DNA from: Alphaproteobacteria bacterium
GTDB lineage: Bacteria; Pseudomonadota; Alphaproteobacteria; Rickettsiales; SXRF01
Direction of reading: 5' to 3'
DNA: 64,000 nucleotides
Assembly: GCA_050249355.1 (NCBI GenBank)
Contig: JBFWQQ010000001.1
Span: forward strand, 12,274 to 76,273
Part shown: positions 9,552-17,598 of the stretch, one piece after another
Layout of the letters: every line of letters begins with the position of its first letter
How positions within the stretch are numbered: position 1 is the stretch's first letter
Position numbers and translations under genes: made by a program
The notes under the pieces: generated by a model
Told to the model about the DNA's origin: nothing
The model's input: the letters and a program-made list of their open reading frames with translations, nothing else
Database searches by the model: none

Positions 9552-10080
9552 CAAAGCTGGCTTTGCCAGCCAGCAGATCGTCCAGGGATTGCGTATGCAG
9601 GTGGTCGCGGTTGCGCTCCACATACGCCATCAACGCATCGAGCTGCGCATCTTCCACCGCATCGCTCTCGCGGTACAGGTTACGGCGCAGGCTTTCCTTC
9701 ATCGCTTGCGGGTTGCCGATATGCTTTTCATATGTCTGCAGGCGACCATAAAATGCCTGCGCCATGGCATTTACACGTTTACCGGTGCCGGTATCGGTCG
9801 AGCCCATTTCACGCAAACTGCGATCCATGTCGGCAAAGAATACCTCGGATAATACGCGCACAAATTCACTGGTTTGCGTGCTTACGTCCTGCTGCAGCCG
9901 GTTGGCCAGTAAAAACAGGTGCAGCACGATAAGGTCGAACCGGCCATCCACTGTGTCTGGCACATTCTGCCTGGCATAGAACCACGGCGAGCGCGCCTGA
10001 TTCACCAACGCATTATACGCTGCGTGTGCCTCGTAGGTATAGGGGCTGGATGAAAATATCTTTTTTACCGTCGACAACAT
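9544..10080 (-). CDS. ubiquinol-cytochrome c chaperone (Cbp3/UQCC1-like) family protein
   Basis: 178 aa; YNALVNQARSPWFY..VPDTVDGRFDLIVLHLFLL..RL pattern typical of Ubiq_cyt_C_chap domain. Confidence 0.7.
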   Translation of the reverse strand: MLSTVKKIFSSSPYTYEAHAAYNALVNQARSPWFYARQNVPDTVDGRFDLIVLHLFLLANRLQQDVSTQTSEFVRVLSEVFFADMDRSLREMGSTDTGTGKRVNAMAQAFYGRLQTYEKHIGNPQAMKESLRRNLYRESDAVEDAQLDALMAYVERNRDHLHTQSLDDLLAGKASFVS

Positions 10081-10127
10081 GGCGCCCCCCTGATGTTTAT
10101 TATGAAGGAAATATAATGGCGAACAGG

Positions 10128-10994
10128 TTACTGCGCAATCATTGCCTGCTGCAGTTTTTCGAAGGCACGCACTTCAATCTGGCGCACGCGTTCGCGGGAA
10201 ATGCCATAGGCCTGGCTCAGGTCTTCCAGCGTATCTGCCGGCTCCTGCAGGCGGCGGCGGGTAAGAATGTCGCGCTCACGTTCATTAAGGCTCATCATGG
10301 CATTGGCGAGCAGGGCACGCTTATTCTGCAATTCCTGATGATCGGCAAGCACGGTTTCCTGATCGGCGCGGTCATCCACGAGGAATGCCATTTTCTCTTC
10401 TTCGCTTTCATGCGACATGGCGCTGTTCAGATACACGTCGCTGCTGGACATGTGATTGTCCATATCGATGACGTCCTTCTCGCTCACATCAAGCAGGCGG
10501 GCAATATTGCTGGCCTGCTCGTGCGACAGGCTGCGCTCATTTTCAATACCGATCTTTTTCTTCAGTTTGCGCAGGTTGAAGAACAGGCGTTTTTGCGTAG
10601 CGGAGGTTCCCACCTTTACCGTAGACCAGCTGCGCAGGATATATTCCTGGATGGCAGCGCGTATCCACCACATGGCGTAAGTGGCAAGGCGAAAGCCCTT
10701 GGCAGGATCAAAACGTTTTACTGCCTGCATCATGCCAATATTGCCTTCGGCAATGAGGTCGCCCATCGGCAGGCCATAGCCTTTATATTTAAAGGCAATC
10801 TTGGCGACCAGACGCAGGTGGCTCGTCACCAGCCGGTGCGCTGCCTCGATATCACCCTCTTCAGCCCAGCGGCGCGATAATTCCTGCTCTTCTTTTTTTG
10901 TAAGCAGCGGAATTTTCGCGATTTCCTGCAAGTACCGGCGCAGGCCATCCTGCGATGAAACTATGGCGGGCAATGCGATATTTTGACTGGTCAT
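10128..10994 (-). CDS. rpoH: RNA polymerase sigma-32 (heat-shock sigma factor)
   Basis: 288 aa; region 2 (LRLVAKIAFKYKGYGLPMGDLIAEGNIGMMQAVKRFDP), RpoH box-like QKRLFFNLRKLK, region 4 HTH (TLEDLSQAYGISRERVRQIE). Confidence 0.9.
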   Translation of the reverse strand: MTSQNIALPAIVSSQDGLRRYLQEIAKIPLLTKKEEQELSRRWAEEGDIEAAHRLVTSHLRLVAKIAFKYKGYGLPMGDLIAEGNIGMMQAVKRFDPAKGFRLATYAMWWIRAAIQEYILRSWSTVKVGTSATQKRLFFNLRKLKKKIGIENERSLSHEQASNIARLLDVSEKDVIDMDNHMSSSDVYLNSAMSHESEEEKMAFLVDDRADQETVLADHQELQNKRALLANAMMSLNERERDILTRRRLQEPADTLEDLSQAYGISRERVRQIEVRAFEKLQQAMIAQ

Positions 10995-11057
10995 TCAAGT
11001 CTCCTTCGATCCGGGCATCTTCTATAACACAATTATAATGGATATGCAATGACATTT

Positions 11058-11082
11058 CAAGGGCTTGCGCCGTAAGCCCTTG
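11058..11082 (-). terminator. GC-rich hairpin, candidate original lpdA terminator
   Basis: perfect 9-bp inverted repeat CAAGGGCTT/AAGCCCTTG with 7-nt loop, 33 nt downstream (- strand) of the lpdA-end remnant stop; no clean U tract. Confidence 0.4.
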
Positions 11083-11118
11083 TTATACAAAGTGTAGTAT
11101 GCGCCGCGTAAATTCTAA

Positions 11119-11147
11119 ATATGAATCGGTCGGCCCAGCACCGCAAG
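11119..11147 (-). repeat. remnant copy of the lpdA 3' end (direct repeat, distal copy)
   Basis: 25/29 identity to 12092-12120 incl. exact 17-mer CGGCCCAGCACCGCAAG; reads LAVLGRPIHI-TAG in the lpdA orientation. Confidence 0.8.
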
Positions 11148-11209
11148 GCTGAAAAATACGTAGTTACTAAACTGCAGAACCGCAATCTTTTAAAGGAAGC
11201 TTTACCCCA

Positions 11210-12082
11210 TCACCGGATAAAAAAATGCATTGCACAATCGCGTTGGTTATTGGTTAGGTCATAATCGAACAGCGAGGCAGGATCGGCATAATTGATTAAC
11301 GTAGGGCCGCACAGGTTCGAACCGGCACCTGAACCACTATCACGACCACTGTTTGAGCGCACCCCTCCGCTATAGGCGATGCCATCATCTATTTTACTAT
11401 CAATCCTATATGCATCGATGGGAGAAATAGCACCGGCATCGTTATATGGGCTTTCCACCGCATTTTCGCGCCCAAACTTGGCCCCCAGGAATAGACGTTT
11501 CCCCTGTAACCCATAAATAGAGCTGCTTGCACTATGGCATGTGCATATATCACTGCCAGTACCTGCTTCATCTTCGGCAAAACGGTATCCTGTGTCTCCG
11601 CCCAAGGGAGTAGTTGGAATATTTATCCTGTCCGCATAGGAGCTTCCTGAAACGAAAGTACTACTTGGCCAGCCTTGTGCACGATAATGCCCGCTCACCA
11701 GCCCTGCAAGCGACATATGATGCCATGCGTACAGGGTTTCGCCGCGCGAGCCGCCATTCCACATTCCATTACCATTGCCATTGCAATTGGTAGAAAAATC
11801 AGGGCAGTCGGTAGTCCCCCACATATTCTGTGCGCCGGGATCATCGCCCGGCCAGTGGCTGTATTTTAACTTATATGCATTGAGCGCTGTTTTATACTGC
11901 TCAACGTCAGTAAGCACGGTTCGAAGTTCAGCCATTTTAATAAGATCTCGTCCCGCCACCACTCCCCCGATAACAAGACCAATAATTACAAGCACGATGG
12001 ATAGCTCTATCAGCGTAAAACCGGTTTTATGGGCAGGCCCTATCATGTCTGGCATAATAGGGTAGCAAAGAAATTCTGGCAA
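11210..12082 (-). CDS. prepilin-type N-terminal cleavage/methylation domain protein (type IV pilin / T2SS pseudopilin-like) with unassigned C-terminal domain
   Basis: leader ..KTG|FTLIELSIVLVIIGLVIGG is a class-III signal; remainder Gly/Ser/Asn-rich with 6+ Cys; start ambiguous (ATG 12082, 12055 or 12046). Confidence 0.8.
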   Translation of the reverse strand: MPEFLCYPIMPDMIGPAHKTGFTLIELSIVLVIIGLVIGGVVAGRDLIKMAELRTVLTDVEQYKTALNAYKLKYSHWPGDDPGAQNMWGTTDCPDFSTNCNGNGNGMWNGGSRGETLYAWHHMSLAGLVSGHYRAQGWPSSTFVSGSSYADRINIPTTPLGGDTGYRFAEDEAGTGSDICTCHSASSSIYGLQGKRLFLGAKFGRENAVESPYNDAGAISPIDAYRIDSKIDDGIAYSGGVRSNSGRDSGSGAGSNLCGPTLINYADPASLFDYDLTNNQRDCAMHFFIR

Positions 12083-12087
12083 TCCAA

Positions 12088-13479
12088 TTACATATGGATA
12101 GCGCGGCCCAGCACCGCAAGCGCGGCTTCTTTCACCGCTTCGTTGTGGGTCGGATGGGCATGGCAGGTGCGGGCGATGTCTTCCGATGATGCGCCGTATT
12201 CCATGGCAAGTCCGGCTTCGGCTATCATGGTGCCGGCGAACGGGCCGATGATGTGCACGCCCAGCACCGTGTCTGTTTTTTCATCGGCTAATATTTTCAC
12301 AAAGCCCTCAGCATACCCTACCGCACGGGCGCGGCTATTGGCCATGAAGGGAAATTTACCGGCTTTATATTTCACGCCAGCGGTTTTCAGCTCTTCTTCG
12401 GTTTTGCCTACAGATGCTACTTCCGGCCAAGTGTATACTACCGAAGGAATCGCATCGTAATATACGTGGCTTTTCTGGCCTGCGATCATCTCGGCCACCA
12501 CCACACCTTCGTCTTCGGCTTTGTGCGCCAGCATAGGACCTTTGATCACGTCACCAATCGCGTAAATGCCCTTCACGTTGGTCTGGTAGTGGCTATCCAC
12601 ATCCACTCGGCCACGCTCATCCAGTTTCACGCCCACTTCTTTCAGGCCAAGGCCTTCGGTGTAGGGCTTGCGGCCAATAGAAACCAGCACCACATCGGCA
12701 TCTATCGTTTCCGTGCTTCCACCTTTGGCCGGTTCCATGGTGAGGGTTACTTTTTTGGCAGCTTTTTTGGCAGCCGTTACTTTGGTACCCAACTTGAACT
12801 TGATACCCTGTTTCTCCAGCACGCGCTGGAAGTTCTTGGCCACTTCCGCATCCATCGGCCCACCGATGCGGTCGAGGAATTCCACCACGGTCACTTCTGC
12901 GCCAAGTCGGCGCCATACCGAACCAAGCTCCAGCCCGATCACGCCGCCGCCGATGACGACCATATGCTCGGGGACTTCGGAAAGCTCCAGTGCGCCAGTG
13001 GAAGAAACAATGTGTCTTTCATCCACATCCACACCCGGCAGCGACATGACATCCGAGCCGGTAGCGATGAGGATGTTCCTGGTCTTCAGTGAATCCTTGC
13101 CGTTCACCAGCACTTCGCTCGCGCCCTTGATACTGCCGGTGCCTTTGACGTAATCCACCTTGTTTTTCTTGAACAGCATCTCGATGCCTTGGGTCAGGCC
13201 TTTTACTGCCTTGTCCTTTTGCGCCATCATGCCCGGCAGGTCTAGCTCCACTTTGGCTTTGATACCATATTCGGCAAAGTGATTCTTGGCGTCATCGAAT
13301 TTCTCCGACGAGTTCAGCAACGCTTTAGAGGGTATACAGCCCACATTCAGGCAAGTTCCGCCCAGTGCGCCACGTTTTTCCACACACGCCACCTTCATCC
13401 CAAGTTGCGCCGCGCGAATTGCCGCCACATAGCCCCCCGGCCCACCGCCGATAACTACCAGATCATATTGTTCGGTCAT
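12088..13479 (-). CDS. lpdA: dihydrolipoyl dehydrogenase (E3)
   Basis: 463 aa; FAD motif [19 protein letters not shown], redox disulfide [19 protein letters not shown] motif [13 protein letters not shown]-terminal HAHPT..E. Confidence 0.95.
   Translation of the reverse strand: MTEQYDLVVIGGGPGGYVAAIRAAQLGMKVACVEKRGALGGTCLNVGCIPSKALLNSSEKFDDAKNHFAEYGIKAKVELDLPGMMAQKDKAVKGLTQGIEMLFKKNKVDYVKGTGSIKGASEVLVNGKDSLKTRNILIATGSDVMSLPGVDVDERHIVSSTGALELSEVPEHMVVIGGGVIGLELGSVWRRLGAEVTVVEFLDRIGGPMDAEVAKNFQRVLEKQGIKFKLGTKVTAAKKAAKKVTLTMEPAKGGSTETIDADVVLVSIGRKPYTEGLGLKEVGVKLDERGRVDVDSHYQTNVKGIYAIGDVIKGPMLAHKAEDEGVVVAEMIAGQKSHVYYDAIPSVVYTWPEVASVGKTEEELKTAGVKYKAGKFPFMANSRARAVGYAEGFVKILADEKTDTVLGVHIIGPFAGTMIAEAGLAMEYGASSEDIARTCHAHPTHNEAVKEAALAVLGRAIHM
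12092..12120 (-). repeat. functional lpdA 3' end (direct repeat, proximal copy)
   Basis: encodes LAVLGRAIH(M); duplicated 973 bp downstream at 11119-11147. Confidence 0.8.
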
Positions 13480-13551
13480 AAAGCCCCTTATGTCGTATGG
13501 GTTTGCTGGAGGCGGGATAGTAAACCCAAACAGCCCCGCTGTTCCAGTAAA

Positions 13552-14502
13552 TTATGTGCTTCGTTTATAGGCATGCTGCGATTTCATGAAGCGCTGGATC
13601 GGCCGTTTATTGTTGCGCGGCGTTCCTTCCGCGCGCATCCATGTCGCCAGAACAATGCGCTCTCCCCCGGTAATGCGCTCGGCCTCGTGGCGGTAACTGT
13701 GCGAAGAGGGGAATGCCACCATCATCCCGCTGGCCGGGACGACCTTAAAGCCAATATCCGGAAAATCCAGCGCGCCGCCGCTGAAGTCATCATTCAGGTA
13801 TAACAGGAAGCTGATATCGCGATCCATGTAGGGCTCCCAGCGACCCTTGGTTTTTTTTTCGTCCTCCCATACCCAGCTGACCCCGTCGGCATGCGCCTTG
13901 TAGATGCCGCCCTCCTTGTAAACCATGCATTGCGGTGGCTCCCAGCTTTCGATATTCAAATTATAAAACGGCTCGATATACTGGCGAGCCAAATCGCTGA
14001 TCAGTTGATGGGCGAGGGCCTCCTGCTTGCCCAGGTCGGCGAGCTGCGTGGTGCGGTATTCTTCGCCCAGTGGCTTGAGTTGCTGCCCACGCGCATGATC
14101 ACAAAGTTTTTGCATGGCGGCTTGCGGCACACTGTTTTTCTGAACCAATACATGACAAGCCTCACCCTGTTTCTCCTGATAGGGTTTCACCTCCATGCCC
14201 AGCTCGACGGCAATGTCTGTGCCCAGCCAGATTCCGCTATCGCTGACATGCGCACCCATGGTCTGCTCGGATGTGTGATACTGCACGCTGGCAAAGCCGG
14301 GAAACCACGCCTGCTGCTCCATCAGCACACCTGAGTGCATTACCTTTTGGGGCATCACCACCGGTTGTAGCTGCAACCGATCAATAAGCGACTGCGGAAT
14401 ATGTAATCCCGGCTGGTCGGTCACCATAGCCTTGCACTTAATGTGCGGTACAGCCGCATCGTCCGCATTACCCAGTACGATATCGGCAAAGCGGTACAAC
14501 AA
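13552..14502 (-). CDS. 2OG-Fe(II) oxygenase (prolyl 4-hydroxylase-like) with unassigned N-terminal domain
   Basis: C-terminal ~130 aa: HxD (YKAHADG), LLYLNDDFSGGALDFP, distal His/Arg (SYRHEAERITGGERIVLATW); N-terminal ~170 aa unrecognised; TTG start at 14502, first ATG at 14427. Confidence 0.7.
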   Translation of the reverse strand: MLYRFADIVLGNADDAAVPHIKCKAMVTDQPGLHIPQSLIDRLQLQPVVMPQKVMHSGVLMEQQAWFPGFASVQYHTSEQTMGAHVSDSGIWLGTDIAVELGMEVKPYQEKQGEACHVLVQKNSVPQAAMQKLCDHARGQQLKPLGEEYRTTQLADLGKQEALAHQLISDLARQYIEPFYNLNIESWEPPQCMVYKEGGIYKAHADGVSWVWEDEKKTKGRWEPYMDRDISFLLYLNDDFSGGALDFPDIGFKVVPASGMMVAFPSSHSYRHEAERITGGERIVLATWMRAEGTPRNNKRPIQRFMKSQHAYKRST

Positions 14503-14508
14503 GATGGC

Positions 14509-15702
14509 CTACAGGCCGAGCAACAAACGGCGCGGATCTTCGATAGCTTCTTTCACGCGCACGAGGAAGGTCACCGACTCCTTGCCGTCGATGATACGGT
14601 GATCGTAGGAAAGGGCGATATACATCATCGGGCGCACCACCACCTGGCCTTTGATGGCGATCGGGCGTTCTTCGATCTTGTGCATGCCGAGGATACCCGA
14701 CTGCGGCGGATTGATGATCGGGGTGGCCATCAGCGAGCCATACACACCGCCGTTGGATACGGTGAAGGTGCCACCGGTCAGTTCCGGCATGGACAGGGTG
14801 CCTTCGCGCGCCTTTTTAGCAAGGCGGCCAATCTCGGCCTCGATCTCGGCGAATGACATCAGGTCAGCATCGCGGATCACCGGCACCACCAGCCCCTGAT
14901 CGGTGCCTACCGCTACGCCGATGTCGTAGTGGTTCTTGTACACGATATCGGTGCCGTCGATCTCGGCGTTCACTTCGGGGATTTCTTTCAGCGCATTCAC
15001 AGCGGCTTTCACAAAGAAGGACATGAAGCCCATTTTCACGCCATGCTTTTTCTCGAATGCATCCTTGTATTCATTGCGCAGCGCCATGAGGTTGCTCATG
15101 TCGATCTCGTTGAAAGTGGTCAGGATGGCGGCGGTGTTCTGCGAATCTTTCAGGCGACGGGCAATGACCTGACGCAGCTTGCTCATTTTCACGCGCTCTT
15201 CACGCGGGCCGGTGGCGCGCGGCGCGGCGGGTGCGGATTTTCCTGCGCCGCTGGTAGCCTGCAACACATCGCCTTTGGTCACGCGGCCATCTTTGCCAGA
15301 GCCGTTGATGTCTGCTGGTTTCAGACCCGCTTCGTCCATCATTTTGCGGGCGGCCGGACCGGACTGCTTCTCAGGGATCGGGGATTTTTCTTGCTTCGAT
15401 TCCTTGGGTTCTTCTTTCTTCTCTGAATCCTGACTGCTGCCCCCTGATGCCTTACTGCCTTTGGCGCCCACTTCGATCATGCCCAGTACCGCACCAACCT
15501 CCACGTTCTGGTCGGCCCCGATCCTGATCTCGGCCAGCTTACCCGCAGCCGGAGCATTCACTTCCAGCGTCACCTTGTCGGTTTCCAACTCTACGATCGG
15601 CTCGTCGGCCTCTACGCTATCACCCACCTGCTTGAACCATTTAGCAACAGTAGCTTCGGTAACGGATTCACCTAGGCTAGGAACAACGATTTCCCCGGAC
15701 AT
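14509..15702 (-). CDS. sucB: 2-oxoglutarate dehydrogenase E2, dihydrolipoyllysine-residue succinyltransferase
   Basis: 397 aa; lipoyl domain ([11 protein letters not shown]), Ala/Pro/Lys linker, E3-binding segment, catalytic SYDHRIIDG. Confidence 0.95.
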   Translation of the reverse strand: MSGEIVVPSLGESVTEATVAKWFKQVGDSVEADEPIVELETDKVTLEVNAPAAGKLAEIRIGADQNVEVGAVLGMIEVGAKGSKASGGSSQDSEKKEEPKESKQEKSPIPEKQSGPAARKMMDEAGLKPADINGSGKDGRVTKGDVLQATSGAGKSAPAAPRATGPREERVKMSKLRQVIARRLKDSQNTAAILTTFNEIDMSNLMALRNEYKDAFEKKHGVKMGFMSFFVKAAVNALKEIPEVNAEIDGTDIVYKNHYDIGVAVGTDQGLVVPVIRDADLMSFAEIEAEIGRLAKKAREGTLSMPELTGGTFTVSNGGVYGSLMATPIINPPQSGILGMHKIEERPIAIKGQVVVRPMMYIALSYDHRIIDGKESVTFLVRVKEAIEDPRRLLLGL

Positions 15703-15791
15703 TGATTTTACTCCTTGGTCAAGCAGGCTGAGAATAATGATTCCTTATGCCCCGAACATTTTGGAAAATCAAGCCTGTTATCGGATAGACT

Positions 15792-16478
15792 TTAATACAG
15801 ACAGGTTATATCCGCCCTGTGAGCCGATGCCCTGCCGGCGATGACCCCGGCGGCGCTTTTCATGAATGCGGTAGGACGCGATGGCCTACGCACCTTGGGA
15901 TTGGGCAGCGTAGCTGCCAGCAGTGAAGCCTGTGATGCGGACAAGCTGGTGGCATCGGTGCCGAAATGGTGCCGGGATGCCGCCCCCACACCGTATATAT
16001 GCGGGCCCCATTCGGCGGTATTAAGGTAAATCTCCAATATGCGGCGCTTGCTCAGCACCAGTTCCATCCACAGCGTGATCGGCGCCTCGATTACTTTGCG
16101 CACCCACGAGCGGCCATTCCACAAGAACAAGTTCTTCACCGTTTGTTGGGTGATGGTAGAGGCGCCGCCATAGCGCTTACCGTCGATCGCCTTATCGAGA
16201 TTACGCTCGATCTGCTTCCAGTCAAACCCGGTATGACTGCAAAATGCGCTATCTTCGGCCACGATCACCGAGCGCACTAAAACAGGCGCCATACGTGATA
16301 TTGGCACCCAGTCGCGCTTAGGCCAGTGCAATGTGGCAATATCCGCCAGCATCAGTGTCGAGGGCGGGGGCACGATAATATATACGAGCGTCAGGACATA
16401 GGGCAGCAATAGAATGGCCGCCAGCCAGCGAAACCACCGCGATTTTAGCAACCTGCGCTTTGCCGCTTTTCTTTTCAT
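15792..16478 (-). CDS. mtgA: monofunctional biosynthetic peptidoglycan transglycosylase
   Basis: 228 aa; N-terminal anchor; GT51 motifs EDSAFCSHTGFDW, GASTITQQTVKNLFL, RKVIEA, ILEIYLN. Confidence 0.9.
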   Translation of the reverse strand: MKRKAAKRRLLKSRWFRWLAAILLLPYVLTLVYIIVPPPSTLMLADIATLHWPKRDWVPISRMAPVLVRSVIVAEDSAFCSHTGFDWKQIERNLDKAIDGKRYGGASTITQQTVKNLFLWNGRSWVRKVIEAPITLWMELVLSKRRILEIYLNTAEWGPHIYGVGAASRHHFGTDATSLSASQASLLAATLPNPKVRRPSRPTAFMKSAAGVIAGRASAHRADITCLY

Positions 16479-16785
16479 GGCGGCAAATGTGCCAGAAAAT
16501 CAGACGGCGTTAAAGTACCTAATTATCGGCGAGGCAGGGATTTTCTTTTTCAATGGTATCGGGCATACGGTCGGGGTTGGTTAGGCCGCGAACATATTAA
16601 ATTCCGAATCCGTATGCGGATAAATCTTAACGCCTTCTTATAGAAGAAAAAACCACCGCTTCAAATCTCTCGTTTTATCACTATTATTAGATTTAAATTT
16701 AATTGATAAAATGATTAACTAACTTCCTATTTTAGAAGAGTAAAACATAATAATACTATTTCAAAATTAAGGCATAGCACCACAT

Positions 16786-17571
16786 ATGACCCACGATCAG
16801 CCTAAAGTATTTGATATTAGCTTACCGAGGCATGGCACCGTATCCATGCAAAATGCTCTGCATCAGCTTGGCTTTAATACTGCGCACCTTGGACATATCA
16901 TAGGGAGCCATATAGGCTCTTCTGGGCACAGCGACCCTGCACGACTTAAACAGATGTATGAACAAATTAAGCAAGGTGACTACAAGTTAGATATACTAAA
17001 TGAGTGTGATGGCCTCGGTGACTATCCTATTTGTGCGCCTCAGGTTTTTAAAGAAATCGCAAAACAATACCCTGATGCTAAATTTATCCACGTAAAGCGG
17101 CGTGATGTTTCAAAATGGCTACAATCTGTCGAAGTACAATTTGTCGGATCACAGTTTGCCAACTTTTTTAAAGGCACGCAAAGCGACGAAGAGTTTACTG
17201 CGCTCATGCAAAATTTTCGCGAAATGACTTTTGGTCAAAAGGAATTTGATCCTACCGCATATACCCAAGCGATGCATAGGCATTATGACCAAGTAAAAGA
17301 AGTATTTGCCGATCAGCCAGATAGGCTATTAGAGTTTGATGATATTAGTGAATTTAATGCCGAAGGATTTTCCCGATTGGCGAAGTTTTTAGGAAAACCC
17401 GACCCACAAAGAGAATTTCCACTAAATAACACTCACAGTAGCAACCCACAAAAAGCCTTTATTCGGGCTGTTGAGCAGGGCTTATACACCCCTAAAAGTG
17501 CCATCGACATAGATGAACTGAAAAAGATGGTTGCAAAACAAGATGCAAAAGCTGCCGCAGCTGGCGTATAA
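16786..17571 (+). CDS. sulfotransferase-family protein (Sulfotransfer_4-like)
   Basis: 261 aa; N-terminal PAPS-loop-like LPRHGTVSMQNALHQLGF and DYP..PQVFKEIAKQYPDAKFIHVKRRDVSKWLQSV match my memory of the Sulfotransfer_4 pattern; sampled lines 42-47% GC. Confidence 0.6.
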   Translation: MTHDQPKVFDISLPRHGTVSMQNALHQLGFNTAHLGHIIGSHIGSSGHSDPARLKQMYEQIKQGDYKLDILNECDGLGDYPICAPQVFKEIAKQYPDAKFIHVKRRDVSKWLQSVEVQFVGSQFANFFKGTQSDEEFTALMQNFREMTFGQKEFDPTAYTQAMHRHYDQVKEVFADQPDRLLEFDDISEFNAEGFSRLAKFLGKPDPQREFPLNNTHSSNPQKAFIRAVEQGLYTPKSAIDIDELKKMVAKQDAKAAAAGV

Positions 17572-17598
17572 TAATGTTCTTTTATTATAACGGCAGAG

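Noticed and set aside
10026-10880. 284-aa ORF on the + strand opposite rpoH
   Set aside because: Antisense shadow of rpoH. It has no recognisable domains, and its start overlaps the Cbp3-like gene.
11110-11116. extension of the lpdA-end duplication by a shared AAATTCT heptamer (also at 12071-12077)
   Set aside because: It requires a 12-nt indel to align, and a 7-mer match is expected by chance. The repeat is therefore limited to the 29-mer.
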